Origin: Candidatus Latescibacterota bacterium | GTDB taxonomy: Bacteria > Latescibacterota > UBA2968 > GCA-2709665 | NCBI GenBank assembly: GCA_965203805.1 | Contig: OZ241917.1 | Location: forward strand, 352,001 to 416,000 | Reading direction: 5' to 3' | DNA length: 64,000 bases | Shown: positions 28,143 through 37,433 of the stretch, in pieces | How positions within the stretch are numbered: position 1 is the first letter of the stretch | Layout: each line of letters begins with the position of its first letter | Translations under genes and position numbers: made by a program | Notes under the pieces: generated by a model | Told to the model about the DNA's origin: nothing | Seen by the model: only the letters and a program-made list of their open reading frames with translations | Database searches by the model: none

Positions 28143-28553
28143 TTACGTTGCGGATTCTTTCTCGGCGGCGCGTCGGCGGGATTCCCGGCCCTTGTCGGGC
28201 GTCGGGTCTTTTACCAGGCCGTAGGATTCCCGGCCTTCGTGTCCTTCAGGAAGGTATTCGGTGACGGGCAGGCCTTCGGGGGTGACGAAGAGGAGGCAAT
28301 GGCAGTACTTGTAGATTTTCATCTCGTCGCAGGCGCAGATCCACTCCCTGCTGCGTTCCAGTTCCGCTTTCTTGTCCGGGTAGAAATTGCACGGACACAG
28401 CGGACGACCGAGCTCGTCGACGTGTGCGGCCAGGCCGTTGACGACGGCTTCCGTGATGCCCCGGTCGGGATGGCCGGTGGTGCCGGTTTTTTCGCAATAT
28501 TTCTCGAAGTAGATCCACATCCGCTTCAGACTCTTTTCAGACGGCTGGTCCAT
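28143..28553 (-). CDS. Ferredoxin:thioredoxin reductase catalytic-subunit family protein
   Basis: GL.......G...CPC, CAC and CHC.LF motifs. Confidence 0.9.
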   Translation of the reverse strand: MDQPSEKSLKRMWIYFEKYCEKTGTTGHPDRGITEAVVNGLAAHVDELGRPLCPCNFYPDKKAELERSREWICACDEMKIYKYCHCLLFVTPEGLPVTEYLPEGHEGRESYGLVKDPTPDKGRESRRRAAEKESAT

Positions 28554-28730
28554 TGGGGATCTCCGGTGTGTCGGGGGTTTGTCAGTGCCGATCGATACGG
28601 CGACGTCGCAAATCGCCCGGTCTCCCGGGGTGCTTGCGCACGCGGCTTGATTCCGAGACTGAACGTGCCGGAATCAGGAAGCGGCATCGGCAACCCGTGC
28701 CAAATTGTAAACGACCGGACCGGCCGGACC

Positions 28731-29546
28731 CTATTGCAGACTGTCAAGGTAGTCCATCGATTTCCTGAGCTCGGATTTGGGATCGCTTCCCTGCGGGATT
28801 GCGCATTCGAATCCGCAGTAATGTCGATAGCCGATACCTTCGAGAGCCCGGAGCGCGGGTCTGAAGTCGGTGTGCCCGTATCCCGGCAGGATTCGGTTGC
28901 TGTCGGCCAGGTGCACGTTGGCGATCCGTTCGCCGCCGCTGTAAATGGCTTCCGCCATATCGGACTCCTCAATGCTCATATGAAAGAAGTCGGCCATGGT
29001 GGTTACACCCGGACTATTGACGGCGTCGCAGATCTCCAGCCCTTCCGCGACCGTGCACGGCCACCACTGTTCGTACCGGTTGAGCGGTTCGATAATGACG
29101 CTGCACCCGCAGGATTCGGCGTGCGGGGCGATATCGCGCACGAGAATGTCGGTGAGCAGGCCGGACTCCACCTGCGCGGTGGTTGCAAACGGGGAGAGAT
29201 CCGGAATTCGATGACCACCCTGAAGCTTAATTGCGATCAGCGGCGGGAATATGACACCGACGCCACCAAGGTCGCCGCACAGTGTAAGCGCGTCTTTCAG
29301 GTCTTGCGTCGCCTGCCTCCGTTCAGTGAGCCTCGCATCCAACAGGCCCATGGTTCCGCGGATCGAAAAGATGTTGGGGGTGACGCCGGTTTCCGCGGAC
29401 GCCTGACGGATCTCGTGGGCGTACTCCACGGAACTGCTGCTTGTGATCTCGATGCCTTCGATGCCTATGTCAGCGAGGCTGCGGAATTTCTCCAGGATGG
29501 AATTTCCCGGCGCCATGTTTTCACGAATGGAGTATTTCAGGGGCAT
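28731..29546 (-). CDS. Sugar phosphate isomerase/epimerase
   Basis: EPLNRYE, D.FHM.IEE, HLADSNR..PG.GH.DF, GFEC motifs. Confidence 0.92.
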   Translation of the reverse strand: MPLKYSIRENMAPGNSILEKFRSLADIGIEGIEITSSSSVEYAHEIRQASAETGVTPNIFSIRGTMGLLDARLTERRQATQDLKDALTLCGDLGGVGVIFPPLIAIKLQGGHRIPDLSPFATTAQVESGLLTDILVRDIAPHAESCGCSVIIEPLNRYEQWWPCTVAEGLEICDAVNSPGVTTMADFFHMSIEESDMAEAIYSGGERIANVHLADSNRILPGYGHTDFRPALRALEGIGYRHYCGFECAIPQGSDPKSELRKSMDYLDSLQ

Positions 29547-29744
29547 ACGGGTTTCCCGGAATGGCTGGGCACTGGCAGGCGGTTCGACCTGAAACGGCCG
29601 CGGCCGCCATGCCGATGGGGGTCAGTCGCCTTACGGATCGAGAAATATAGGTGTTGTACGGTGGCGTGTCAAGGAAAGCGCCGTCCATTTTTGCGGGGCC
29701 GTTCGATCGCAGCCGGCAGCGCTCCCTTGAAGGCCGATATCGCA

Positions 29745-32297
29745 TCACCCTGCATGAGAAGGGGTCAGCCTCGCGCTCCGAATCCTGTCAATCCGGAACG
29801 TCCGCTCGCCTTTGCGGTGCCTGCAAAAGCCGCAAAGTACGCCATGATCTTCAAAGATCGGTTCGATCGAACGAGATGAGGTTCTCGCGACGCGTTCGTC
29901 GCGGTAGTCGATTTCCAGGCCGAGCCGATGGTCTATGGCGTATCCGATGAGGAATTTCACGTCGGCCTCGGCGGTGGCCGGATTCGCGCCGGGGTATCGC
30001 CTGAGGGCCTGGAATCCGTCGTGCGGCCGCCCGCTATTGAACAGGGTTTCAAAGGTCTCGCGATAGTCGCTCCGGGCGTCCTGGCATTCGCTGTCCGGAA
30101 TGCTTCTCAGGCTTCGGCGGAGACGTCTCAGCAGACGTTCCAGGCCCTCAGGCAGCGGAACCGACCTGGCGGCGAAGGTCTTTGCCGCGGTTTCGAGAAA
30201 CCCCGCCAGCTGTAACAATTCCGGACCCTCCAACACCATCCGTTGTTGTTCTTCGTTTGATTCTTCGGCAGTAATATTCGGCATATAGCCGCACCCGTTC
30301 AAGGCATCCACGAGTTGCTCGACGCGCGTAGACGGGTCGAGCGCTGCCGCTGTGGGTGAGAGTCGAACGCCGAGAAGGGATGAGATCTTGCTCTGAACGA
30401 AGAGTTCGTCCAGCAGTTCGGGCCGTTCACTGACGAGATAGCCGGACGCCTGCGCGATTTCAATTTCACCGTGTTTGCTTTCACACTCCCGGAGCAGGGC
30501 GTCCACCACCGACGGCAATCCGGTGGCGCTGTGGTCCCGAAGAAATGCTCTGAGTGAGGCGCCGTCCCAGCCCCTGCTCATGGCCATGTGAACGGATTGG
30601 GGAGATATCAGGAATTTTGCCAGGACGTCGACTTCCTTGAGTTCCGCTATGGAAAAGAGTCGGATGTACAGGGCGGATGGCAAATCCGGCGGAGAGAGAA
30701 TCTCAAGATTTGGTTGCAGGACGAAATTTCCGTCGGTGCGGCCCGCGGTCTCTACCGACGTACTCTCAGGTTTTCGTCCGTTGAGAAGCGCTGCGCCCGG
30801 GCCGGTCAGTCTGAAGACTGCGGGGTGCCCCGGTTCGAGGGCCTCACCGAACGATTCAGGATTTCCCAGGCCGATCAGCCCCATCCATGTCAGCGCCGAC
30901 ACGAAGATGCGCCGCAGCAGTTCGTCCGCGCCGCCGCCGATCAGGTTCCGCCCGGACGGGGGACGTCCATCGAGATGTGCGAATGTCTCGGACCGGCGCG
31001 CCAGCAGGACGTAAAAATCCGGGTACGAGATCCAGCTGTTTTCGGGACAGCGGGCAAGGCAGTCGAGCAGGTCGCGGCGAAGGGCTTTCAGGGTGTCATT
31101 CCTGTTGCGGATGCGCGCGCCGGAACGTTCGGTGGTCCACTCGTTCCATCGATCGGATTCGCGCCAGAGTCTGAGTACGGCGTTTCGGATGTCATGGGGG
31201 CGGGAAAGCCGGTCGGCGGCGTCTTCCGCAAGCCGCCATATTCTCGCGTCGCAACGGATGAGTCCGGCGGATTCCGCGAACAGGAGCAGGAATTCGGAGT
31301 ACCCCGGTTCCGCGTGTCCCCGGTAGTATTTACTGACGTCCCGAAGCCGGGCCCGGGATACGCCGCCGTGTTTGAGTGCGCGCGGCCTGCGCTGCTCGAT
31401 GAACCCGAGAAGCGTGCAGAGATCGGGTACCAGGCAGGACGTCTGCTCCCGTGTTCGGGAGGGGTTCGGTCCGCTGCTTGCAACGACCGACTCGACCGTG
31501 TCCTCGATCCTGTCATCAAGGGCCTGAATCTCAGGCTTCAGGTCTGAAGCGAGTTGGAGGGGCGTATCTGCCAGGAGCCGATCCGTGGTGTGGAAAAACA
31601 AAGGCGTCTTCCAGACGATCTCGTCCAGTGCACGAAGCCCGCCCTCTCCCATGTCACACATGATTTCATCCTGGGTGATGGCATCCCTGGCCAGGACACG
31701 ATCGAGGATGGCTCTCTTGGCTTCCGGCAGATCGATGATGTAGGCCTTCAGATGATCCGGATCCAACAACCGCTTGCGAACGGCGCGCGTCACAAAGACA
31801 CGGCGGGAGTCTTCGAACGGGCAGCCCAGTTCTCTCGCAAAGTCGCGAAGCAGACCGACGGATCGAGATTGCATCACGCGGCGGAGCCGACCCTGGTTCC
31901 CGGCTCTCAGTGGGATTGCCTTGAGGACCGATTCCGGAATGCCGACCAGGCAATGGTCCGCCCCGAGTGTTTCGACGTCTTCGAAGACCAGACCGAGTTC
32001 GGAAACCGCGTCTTGCATGGTCTGGAAGCGGTGGGTGAATCCCGCGCCTAACTCGTCAATGGCATCTTCCTTGAGCAACTCGCCTCCCTCCTCGGCGAGA
32101 CTGACGACGTACTCCCGATGTCCGGGCTGAAGCGCGTCGAGTCGTTCGCGGACCCGCGCCGGGTTGGAAAGGTGGCGACAAAGCTGGTCTATCAGCACCG
32201 CCTTGTTGGCGCCGCGGTGAATCGGGAGGTGTGTCGAAGCAGCGATGCGGTGGAGCCTGTCAGTGGACTGGTGGCTGAGGACGGCTCGCAATTTCAT
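29745..32297 (-). CDS. XPB/Ssl2-like helicase-associated domain protein with C-terminal WYL domain
   Basis: LQPN.EI..P.........L..IAE.........IS..SV..A...G......FL...S...LP..V (Helicase_C_3-like); C-terminal AI.....LEI.Y......R.IEP......L.GFC..R..ERTFRIDRI (WYL); no Walker A or DExH motif. Confidence 0.85.
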   Translation of the reverse strand: MKLRAVLSHQSTDRLHRIAASTHLPIHRGANKAVLIDQLCRHLSNPARVRERLDALQPGHREYVVSLAEEGGELLKEDAIDELGAGFTHRFQTMQDAVSELGLVFEDVETLGADHCLVGIPESVLKAIPLRAGNQGRLRRVMQSRSVGLLRDFARELGCPFEDSRRVFVTRAVRKRLLDPDHLKAYIIDLPEAKRAILDRVLARDAITQDEIMCDMGEGGLRALDEIVWKTPLFFHTTDRLLADTPLQLASDLKPEIQALDDRIEDTVESVVASSGPNPSRTREQTSCLVPDLCTLLGFIEQRRPRALKHGGVSRARLRDVSKYYRGHAEPGYSEFLLLFAESAGLIRCDARIWRLAEDAADRLSRPHDIRNAVLRLWRESDRWNEWTTERSGARIRNRNDTLKALRRDLLDCLARCPENSWISYPDFYVLLARRSETFAHLDGRPPSGRNLIGGGADELLRRIFVSALTWMGLIGLGNPESFGEALEPGHPAVFRLTGPGAALLNGRKPESTSVETAGRTDGNFVLQPNLEILSPPDLPSALYIRLFSIAELKEVDVLAKFLISPQSVHMAMSRGWDGASLRAFLRDHSATGLPSVVDALLRECESKHGEIEIAQASGYLVSERPELLDELFVQSKISSLLGVRLSPTAAALDPSTRVEQLVDALNGCGYMPNITAEESNEEQQRMVLEGPELLQLAGFLETAAKTFAARSVPLPEGLERLLRRLRRSLRSIPDSECQDARSDYRETFETLFNSGRPHDGFQALRRYPGANPATAEADVKFLIGYAIDHRLGLEIDYRDERVARTSSRSIEPIFEDHGVLCGFCRHRKGERTFRIDRIRSARLTPSHAG

Positions 32298-32349
32298 AAG
32301 GCACCGTTGGACGTTTCGTTGTCGAATCCGGAGCTGTGGGCAATAAATG

Positions 32350-32443
32350 AAAAAAACCGACTTTCACACGCCGGTCGTTCATCCCGACGCCCTGTACGGA
32401 CATCGACGGCCAGAAGGGCGACCATCTTTCCGGAACAGGACGC
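32350..32443 (-). ncRNA. Candidate ~94-nt small RNA or attenuator leader
   Basis: Begins 7 nt after a consensus-like -10; long three-segment hairpin with CCCUUC loop, then ACCGGC/GUCGGU terminator and U-run. Confidence 0.55.
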
Positions 32444-32449
32444 TAAAGC

Positions 32450-32478
32450 AGTATATATTAATCAGTAAGCCTTGTCAA
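32450..32478 (-). promoter_or_regulatory. Strong sigma70-type promoter
   Basis: Minus strand TTGACA-17-TATACT. Confidence 0.8.
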
Positions 32479-32600
32479 GCTGCAATGCCCGGGTCCGGCC
32501 TGAAGAGAAAAGAGACGGAATTAAGGCAGTCAGTTCGTATATTGTCGCGCCATTTTTACCGTTGTTGCGCGCGCAATAACGGAAATCACGCAGAGGACCG

Positions 32601-33200
32601 ATGCGACGACTTCATGCCCGGCAGGTTGTGGCAAGGACGCTTTCGGCGGTATTCAGTCCCCCGCTGGCAGCGGCCGGCCTGTTGACGATGCTGATCTGGC
32701 GGCTCCCGGCGCCAACGATGCAACGCGCCGGCTGGCTGGGCGCCGGTTTGCTGTTTGCGACCTGTCTGCCCACGCTGTACGTGGGTCTTCTTGTCGCGCG
32801 CAGGGAGGTGGATGGATTCTATATTGCGGTGCGATCCCGCCGGCGGAAGCCGCTGCTGGTGAGTTCCGCGAGTTGCCTCGCGGGATTTGTCGTATTGTGG
32901 GCGACGGATGCGCCGCCGCTGATAAGCGGTTTTCTGCTCGGCTGTTTTTTCCTGGGGTTGGTTGCCGCCTGGACGACCGTGCGATGGAAGATCAGCCTGC
33001 ACGCTGCGGGTGTGTGCGGCCCCCTGGCGATGCTGCATCTCTTGCTCGGACCTTCGTCCGTCTACTGGCTGCCGCTGCCGCTGGCGGTCTGTTGGGCGCG
33101 CGTTGTTATTGGCGCGCACTCGATGAGGCAGGTTGCAGCGGGGTGCGGGGTGGGCTTTGTCGTTGTTTGGGTTGTGGCCGCCATATATCTGGCCGCCTGA
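32601..33200 (+). CDS. PAP2-like membrane protein
   Basis: WKISLH and WARV....HS..QV..G motifs; multiple TM segments. Confidence 0.8.
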   Translation: MRRLHARQVVARTLSAVFSPPLAAAGLLTMLIWRLPAPTMQRAGWLGAGLLFATCLPTLYVGLLVARREVDGFYIAVRSRRRKPLLVSSASCLAGFVVLWATDAPPLISGFLLGCFFLGLVAAWTTVRWKISLHAAGVCGPLAMLHLLLGPSSVYWLPLPLAVCWARVVIGAHSMRQVAAGCGVGFVVVWVVAAIYLAA

Positions 33201-33429
33201 ACCCTCGCAATTGCCTTCCGCCCGGATTCACCGGCATAAGCCCCGGACTGATAACCTCAACTCAACAAAGCAGCATCGCTGTTCCCGCGACAAGACCCTC
33301 CGAATCGGGCCGAAGAGGTCGTCGAAATGGACATTTTTCCGTTTACGTCCTGTGACCTGAAGGTTCCTGAAAATCCGACGTTTAATCGCCTGAAAAATGA
33401 CGAATCAAGGTGAGGCGTTGAAGGATGAG

Positions 33430-34662
33430 CTATTCTGCATACACTTCCGTGTCCTGCCAGAACGTGATCCAGGCAAACCAGAACGCACCGTGCCCGGGTA
33501 TCTGCTCCAGGACACTGTCTTTCAGGGGACCCGCGATGGCCCGGCCCTTCAAGTCCCATGTGGTCCCGGTTTCCCGGTCCCGCAACATGAAGGGATAGGT
33601 CTGCGACGTAGACGGGATCCTGTCGAAGTTCAGGGTCTGCCGTGCGTAGTTCCGGCTGAAGGCGGCGGCCATCCGTTCAGCGCCATACCATACCACCAGG
33701 AGGTCTCTCTCCGCCAGCGTGTCATTGATCACCGCCGCGTCGCCGAGGGCCGATGCGGGATATGCCTTCGCCTTTTCGATAAACCGAACCCCGAACGTGT
33801 GCTCCTTCGGCGAAAAGAGACTGGCGAGCGGATTGTCTTCAAGACGCGGAAACACCCGGAACCGCGGTGCGGACTCGGGATCGCGGTATAGTCCGTAGGG
33901 ATATATATTATAATCACTTGCGTCAAAAGCGCCCGGTGTGTTTATACTGATGACGAATGTGTCGGGATAGAGCTGTTTCCAGTATCTCCAGGTGGTTTCG
34001 ACGAATGGCGGCGTATTCAGGACCCATCCGGCCCGGACGCCCGAGATACCGGTATGGGTCATCTGGGGATAGCGAATCTGGTCGTCGTTCAGATCGTACA
34101 TGATCAGGTTGTTGTTGAAGAGTTCACCGGATGCGCCGAATTTAAGCCGGTTGATCGCGCCCCCGCTCCAAGCCGCGAATACGATGCCGCTACCGGTGAG
34201 CGGCGAGAATGTGACCGCGATGGGCTGGCCTCCGATGCGGTCGTTGACGATCTGGTGGTACCACGCCATCTTGTGAGGATAGGCTTTGGAAATGCCGTTC
34301 AGGCGCACGCCGATAACCAGGTCTTCGTCGGACAGATACCGGGCCTCGGCCGAAGCGGCGGGAACAAACCGTGGGTCGATCAGTGCCCGCGTGGCGTCCG
34401 TGCGGTAAACCTGTTCGATTCTGTGGTGGGGAAACGTCAGCGGGTTGAGAAAATTTCGCCCTGTGAAGTCGACAGGCCTTGCGCTGCTCGTATCCGAATT
34501 TCCGCCGCCGTCGTCCTGCAGTACGGTCTTGAATGTCCGGCCGCCCGAGTTTTCGGATTCGTCGGTTGAATCGACGGGTGTTTCTCCGCCGCACCTGAAG
34601 ACGCCAATGAGAATCAGGGTGAGGCAGAGGCCGAATGGAAATCGCGAAAATAAAGCAATCAT
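33430..34662 (-). CDS. DUF3179 domain lipoprotein (Ser variant)
   Basis: KAYP.....H.IVND, VTFSPLTGSG, FG.SG.L.NNNL.MYD, TTW..WK..YP.T, FWFAW..F. Confidence 0.88.
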   Translation of the reverse strand: MIALFSRFPFGLCLTLILIGVFRCGGETPVDSTDESENSGGRTFKTVLQDDGGGNSDTSSARPVDFTGRNFLNPLTFPHHRIEQVYRTDATRALIDPRFVPAASAEARYLSDEDLVIGVRLNGISKAYPHKMAWYHQIVNDRIGGQPIAVTFSPLTGSGIVFAAWSGGAINRLKFGASGELFNNNLIMYDLNDDQIRYPQMTHTGISGVRAGWVLNTPPFVETTWRYWKQLYPDTFVISINTPGAFDASDYNIYPYGLYRDPESAPRFRVFPRLEDNPLASLFSPKEHTFGVRFIEKAKAYPASALGDAAVINDTLAERDLLVVWYGAERMAAAFSRNYARQTLNFDRIPSTSQTYPFMLRDRETGTTWDLKGRAIAGPLKDSVLEQIPGHGAFWFAWITFWQDTEVYAE

Positions 34663-34786
34663 GTCGATTTTCCATCGTCGCGGGTGCGAAATCGCCGGTC
34701 GCAGCAGGCCCTTTCACGGCCCCAACCTGCCCGGCAGTGCAAATGCCGGGCCGAACCTGGGGCAATTCGTCCTGCCGGGGCCTGCC

Positions 34787-35410
34787 TTACCGGAAGAACA
34801 TCGATACGCCGACCGTCGCAACATGACGGTTGAAGCGATTGCCCTCTGTAAATAGCGCAACGTATGCGTAACGGGTGGTGAGTGCCGTCCGGTTGGAGAG
34901 TGCGCGCCGGAACCCGACGCCACCGCCGACTTCGCTTACGCCGGACCACCCCCAGTAGTCTCTGGCGGCGAATGCCTCCAGGAACGGCCAGGTGCGCCTG
35001 TCCACTCTCAGCGGAATGTTGAGCCGATAGAAGCCGGACAGCGAGGAGCCGAATCCGTCTTCGGCGGACGCGGGATATCCGGCTCTGGTCCGCAAGGGCG
35101 GCTGCGGTGTCTGGATGATTTCGGTTCGGTCGTCCCAGCGATTGTCAGCCCGGTTGCCGACCACAAAGGCGCCGCCGACCTGGTGCAGCCGGCTCAATGC
35201 AACCCCGATCGACACGCCGCCGTGGTAGACCACCGAACCGTCGGACAGACCGACCGACAGAATGGGGATGACCTCCAGACGGCCGGCGCGAATGGGATTC
35301 AGGGTCACGCCCGCTTCACTTTCGGGTTCTTCTCCCGGAAATATGTCGGCGTACGCGGGGCCCGCCCAGGCCAGCAAGCCGGCTGTCAGAAACACAACTG
35401 AGATTCTCAT
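34787..35410 (-). CDS. Hypothetical secreted protein, probable small outer-membrane beta-barrel
   Basis: Signal peptide ending AYA; alternating beta-strand pattern; C-terminal VGVSMFFR. Confidence 0.65.
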   Translation of the reverse strand: MRISVVFLTAGLLAWAGPAYADIFPGEEPESEAGVTLNPIRAGRLEVIPILSVGLSDGSVVYHGGVSIGVALSRLHQVGGAFVVGNRADNRWDDRTEIIQTPQPPLRTRAGYPASAEDGFGSSLSGFYRLNIPLRVDRRTWPFLEAFAARDYWGWSGVSEVGGGVGFRRALSNRTALTTRYAYVALFTEGNRFNRHVATVGVSMFFR

Positions 35411-35449
35411 GGTAGGACTCCTTTCGTCTGGAGGAATTCGAACCGCTTC

Positions 35450-36214
35450 TCAGATACAACCCGGTATGGAGGCCCCCCTGACCAGCATGGCGTCGTTTTG
35501 TTCGTCCGGGCCCGTAAAACGGCACCTCGCGCTGACGTAGTGCGTGGCATATCCGCGCCGGCGCAGGTTGGTCTGATTCGGCCTGCTGCAGTGAAGAATC
35601 AGGCCATGATGAAAACTGCAACTACCCGCTTTCAACTCGATGGCCCGTTCTTCCGGCAGTCTGCCGTCGAGTGACATCTGTTCATAGTTCGCCCATTTCT
35701 CATTGGGGATGATTCCGAACCGGTGGGTGCCCGGCAGCATCCAGAGGCAACCGTTTTCCACGGTCGCGTCGTTCAGCGCGGCCCAGCAGGTGACCATATC
35801 GGGTGGATCGATTTGAAATCCGAGCGGCATGTCCTGATGGTAGGGCTGCCGGGAGCCGATCCTTGGGGGTTTCATGAACCACTGGTCCTGGTAGAGCTTC
35901 AGGTCCGGGCCGAGCAGGGACTCGATTACGTCCAGAACCTTCGGGTTGCGCGCATGGGCCTCGAATACGCTGTCGCAGAAAGCGAGATGGCTCATCTTTC
36001 GCAGAGAGTCCGCATAGGTGTCCGCCGCCGCTCTTCCCGCGTTAACCTCGGGTTCCAGCTGCAGACGCTGCTTTGAAACGTGCGGCGCACCGCCGCTGGC
36101 CACCCATTCGGCCCTTGCAAGCAGAACAGAGACTTCATCGGCGTCAAGCAGGTCCTCGACCACCAGCACCCCTTCATTCCGGAACCTGTTCACCTGGGTT
36201 TCCGAGAGTTTCAT
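35450..36214 (-). CDS. Phytanoyl-CoA dioxygenase family protein
   Basis: F...G.L, KPP, HQD, W.AL.DAT.ENGCL...PGTH, HCS.PN.....RR. Confidence 0.92.
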   Translation of the reverse strand: MKLSETQVNRFRNEGVLVVEDLLDADEVSVLLARAEWVASGGAPHVSKQRLQLEPEVNAGRAAADTYADSLRKMSHLAFCDSVFEAHARNPKVLDVIESLLGPDLKLYQDQWFMKPPRIGSRQPYHQDMPLGFQIDPPDMVTCWAALNDATVENGCLWMLPGTHRFGIIPNEKWANYEQMSLDGRLPEERAIELKAGSCSFHHGLILHCSRPNQTNLRRRGYATHYVSARCRFTGPDEQNDAMLVRGASIPGCI

Positions 36215-36366
36215 GCCATCCCCTTCTTTCTCCCTGATCCGGGTGCGATTTACCGGAAGCCCGGTCCCGTGCCGGTCTTGCACGGTCCGCCCGCGCGTTA
36301 CCGTGCGCTGTCGATAACGCCGGGGTGCGAATTCCCGATATCCCGGACGTACCGGATCGGGACCGT

Positions 36367-37314
36367 CTATCTCGCGCCGGCACTGTTGTTCCGCGGAAAT
36401 GGTCTTCCCGAATAAGAGAGACCGAGAACCGCCATCCATCCGGCCGGATAGTTCCGGCCGCCGACGGAGATGTTAACGGCCGTCTCCACCGTAAACCCGC
36501 GCAAAGGTCCCAGGTTGATTAGCGGAGAAACATAAGTAATACGCTTGACGTCGGAGTGGATCCTGGTACCGAAGACGGTAGCAGCCTTGCCCCGGATGCC
36601 ATGGATCCTGATTCCGAACAGCGCGAACCGGCGCACCTTGAAGCCGCCTTCCGCGATGAAGAACCATTCGTCGCCGGGGTCGCGGTCGATTTCATCGTTT
36701 CTGAGGCGTATCCGGTAACCGACGTCCGAACCGACGTATGCCGGGACCGGCCAGAAGGACCGGCCCAATTGAACGACAGCGTCGAAATCCCACTGTCCTT
36801 CACCGACGGGAATCAGCCCGTCTTCGTTCACGAATTCGCCGGTCGGCGCCTTGAAACCTACTCTGATCGCGCCCACGGTGCGCCGGTTCAACAGCTTGAC
36901 TTTCAGGAACCCGCGGATATCTCCGAACCCGGTTGCTCTCCGAGGTTCGCCGAAGCCGGTAAGGAGGGCGGCGTCCTGATATTCCTGTCGGAAGAAGGGT
37001 ACCTGTATTCCGACATCCACTCTGTCCGTCGTACCGTAGAAGAGATCGAAAAACAGGGCGCGGGAACGATACCTGCCGTCAAATCGATACCTGGCGCGGT
37101 TTCCTTCGTGGTACACCCTTCCGAGGTCCGGCCCTCGTCCCGATCCGGCGGCGCCGACGTATTCTTCGTGGGTGGTCTGACCCAGAAAGGCGACCTTGCA
37201 CCAGACGTGATTCCTGGGCAGCGTCCAGGCCCCCGCGATCACACTGTTGGGAACATGGCAGACGAAGACCGAGAAAAGGGCGGCCGCAAGCCGCCTGTGG
37301 CGCAATGGGGTCAT
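36367..37314 (-). CDS. Putative outer-membrane transporter-like beta-barrel
   Basis: Signal peptide then AGAWT.P; G.GD, K.PTG, G.G..D motifs as in MetA/SphA-type barrels. Confidence 0.65.
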   Translation of the reverse strand: MTPLRHRRLAAALFSVFVCHVPNSVIAGAWTLPRNHVWCKVAFLGQTTHEEYVGAAGSGRGPDLGRVYHEGNRARYRFDGRYRSRALFFDLFYGTTDRVDVGIQVPFFRQEYQDAALLTGFGEPRRATGFGDIRGFLKVKLLNRRTVGAIRVGFKAPTGEFVNEDGLIPVGEGQWDFDAVVQLGRSFWPVPAYVGSDVGYRIRLRNDEIDRDPGDEWFFIAEGGFKVRRFALFGIRIHGIRGKAATVFGTRIHSDVKRITYVSPLINLGPLRGFTVETAVNISVGGRNYPAGWMAVLGLSYSGRPFPRNNSAGAR

Positions 37315-37433
37315 GGTACGGACCGCGGGTCGGGACCGGGACGCGTGAATGTCCTCATCGATGCCGGTTTTGCGGAAATGGCCAATTGTACATCCGTCCG
37401 GACATGGCGCACCGGGTATTCTGTATACGACGG

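Noticed and set aside
28119-29879. 586-aa plus-strand ORF, and similar long antisense ORFs (486-2156, 2208-4145, 51594-53102, 55415-56938)
   Set aside because: They are shadows of motif-bearing genes on the opposite strand, expected in GC-rich DNA, and have no motifs of their own.
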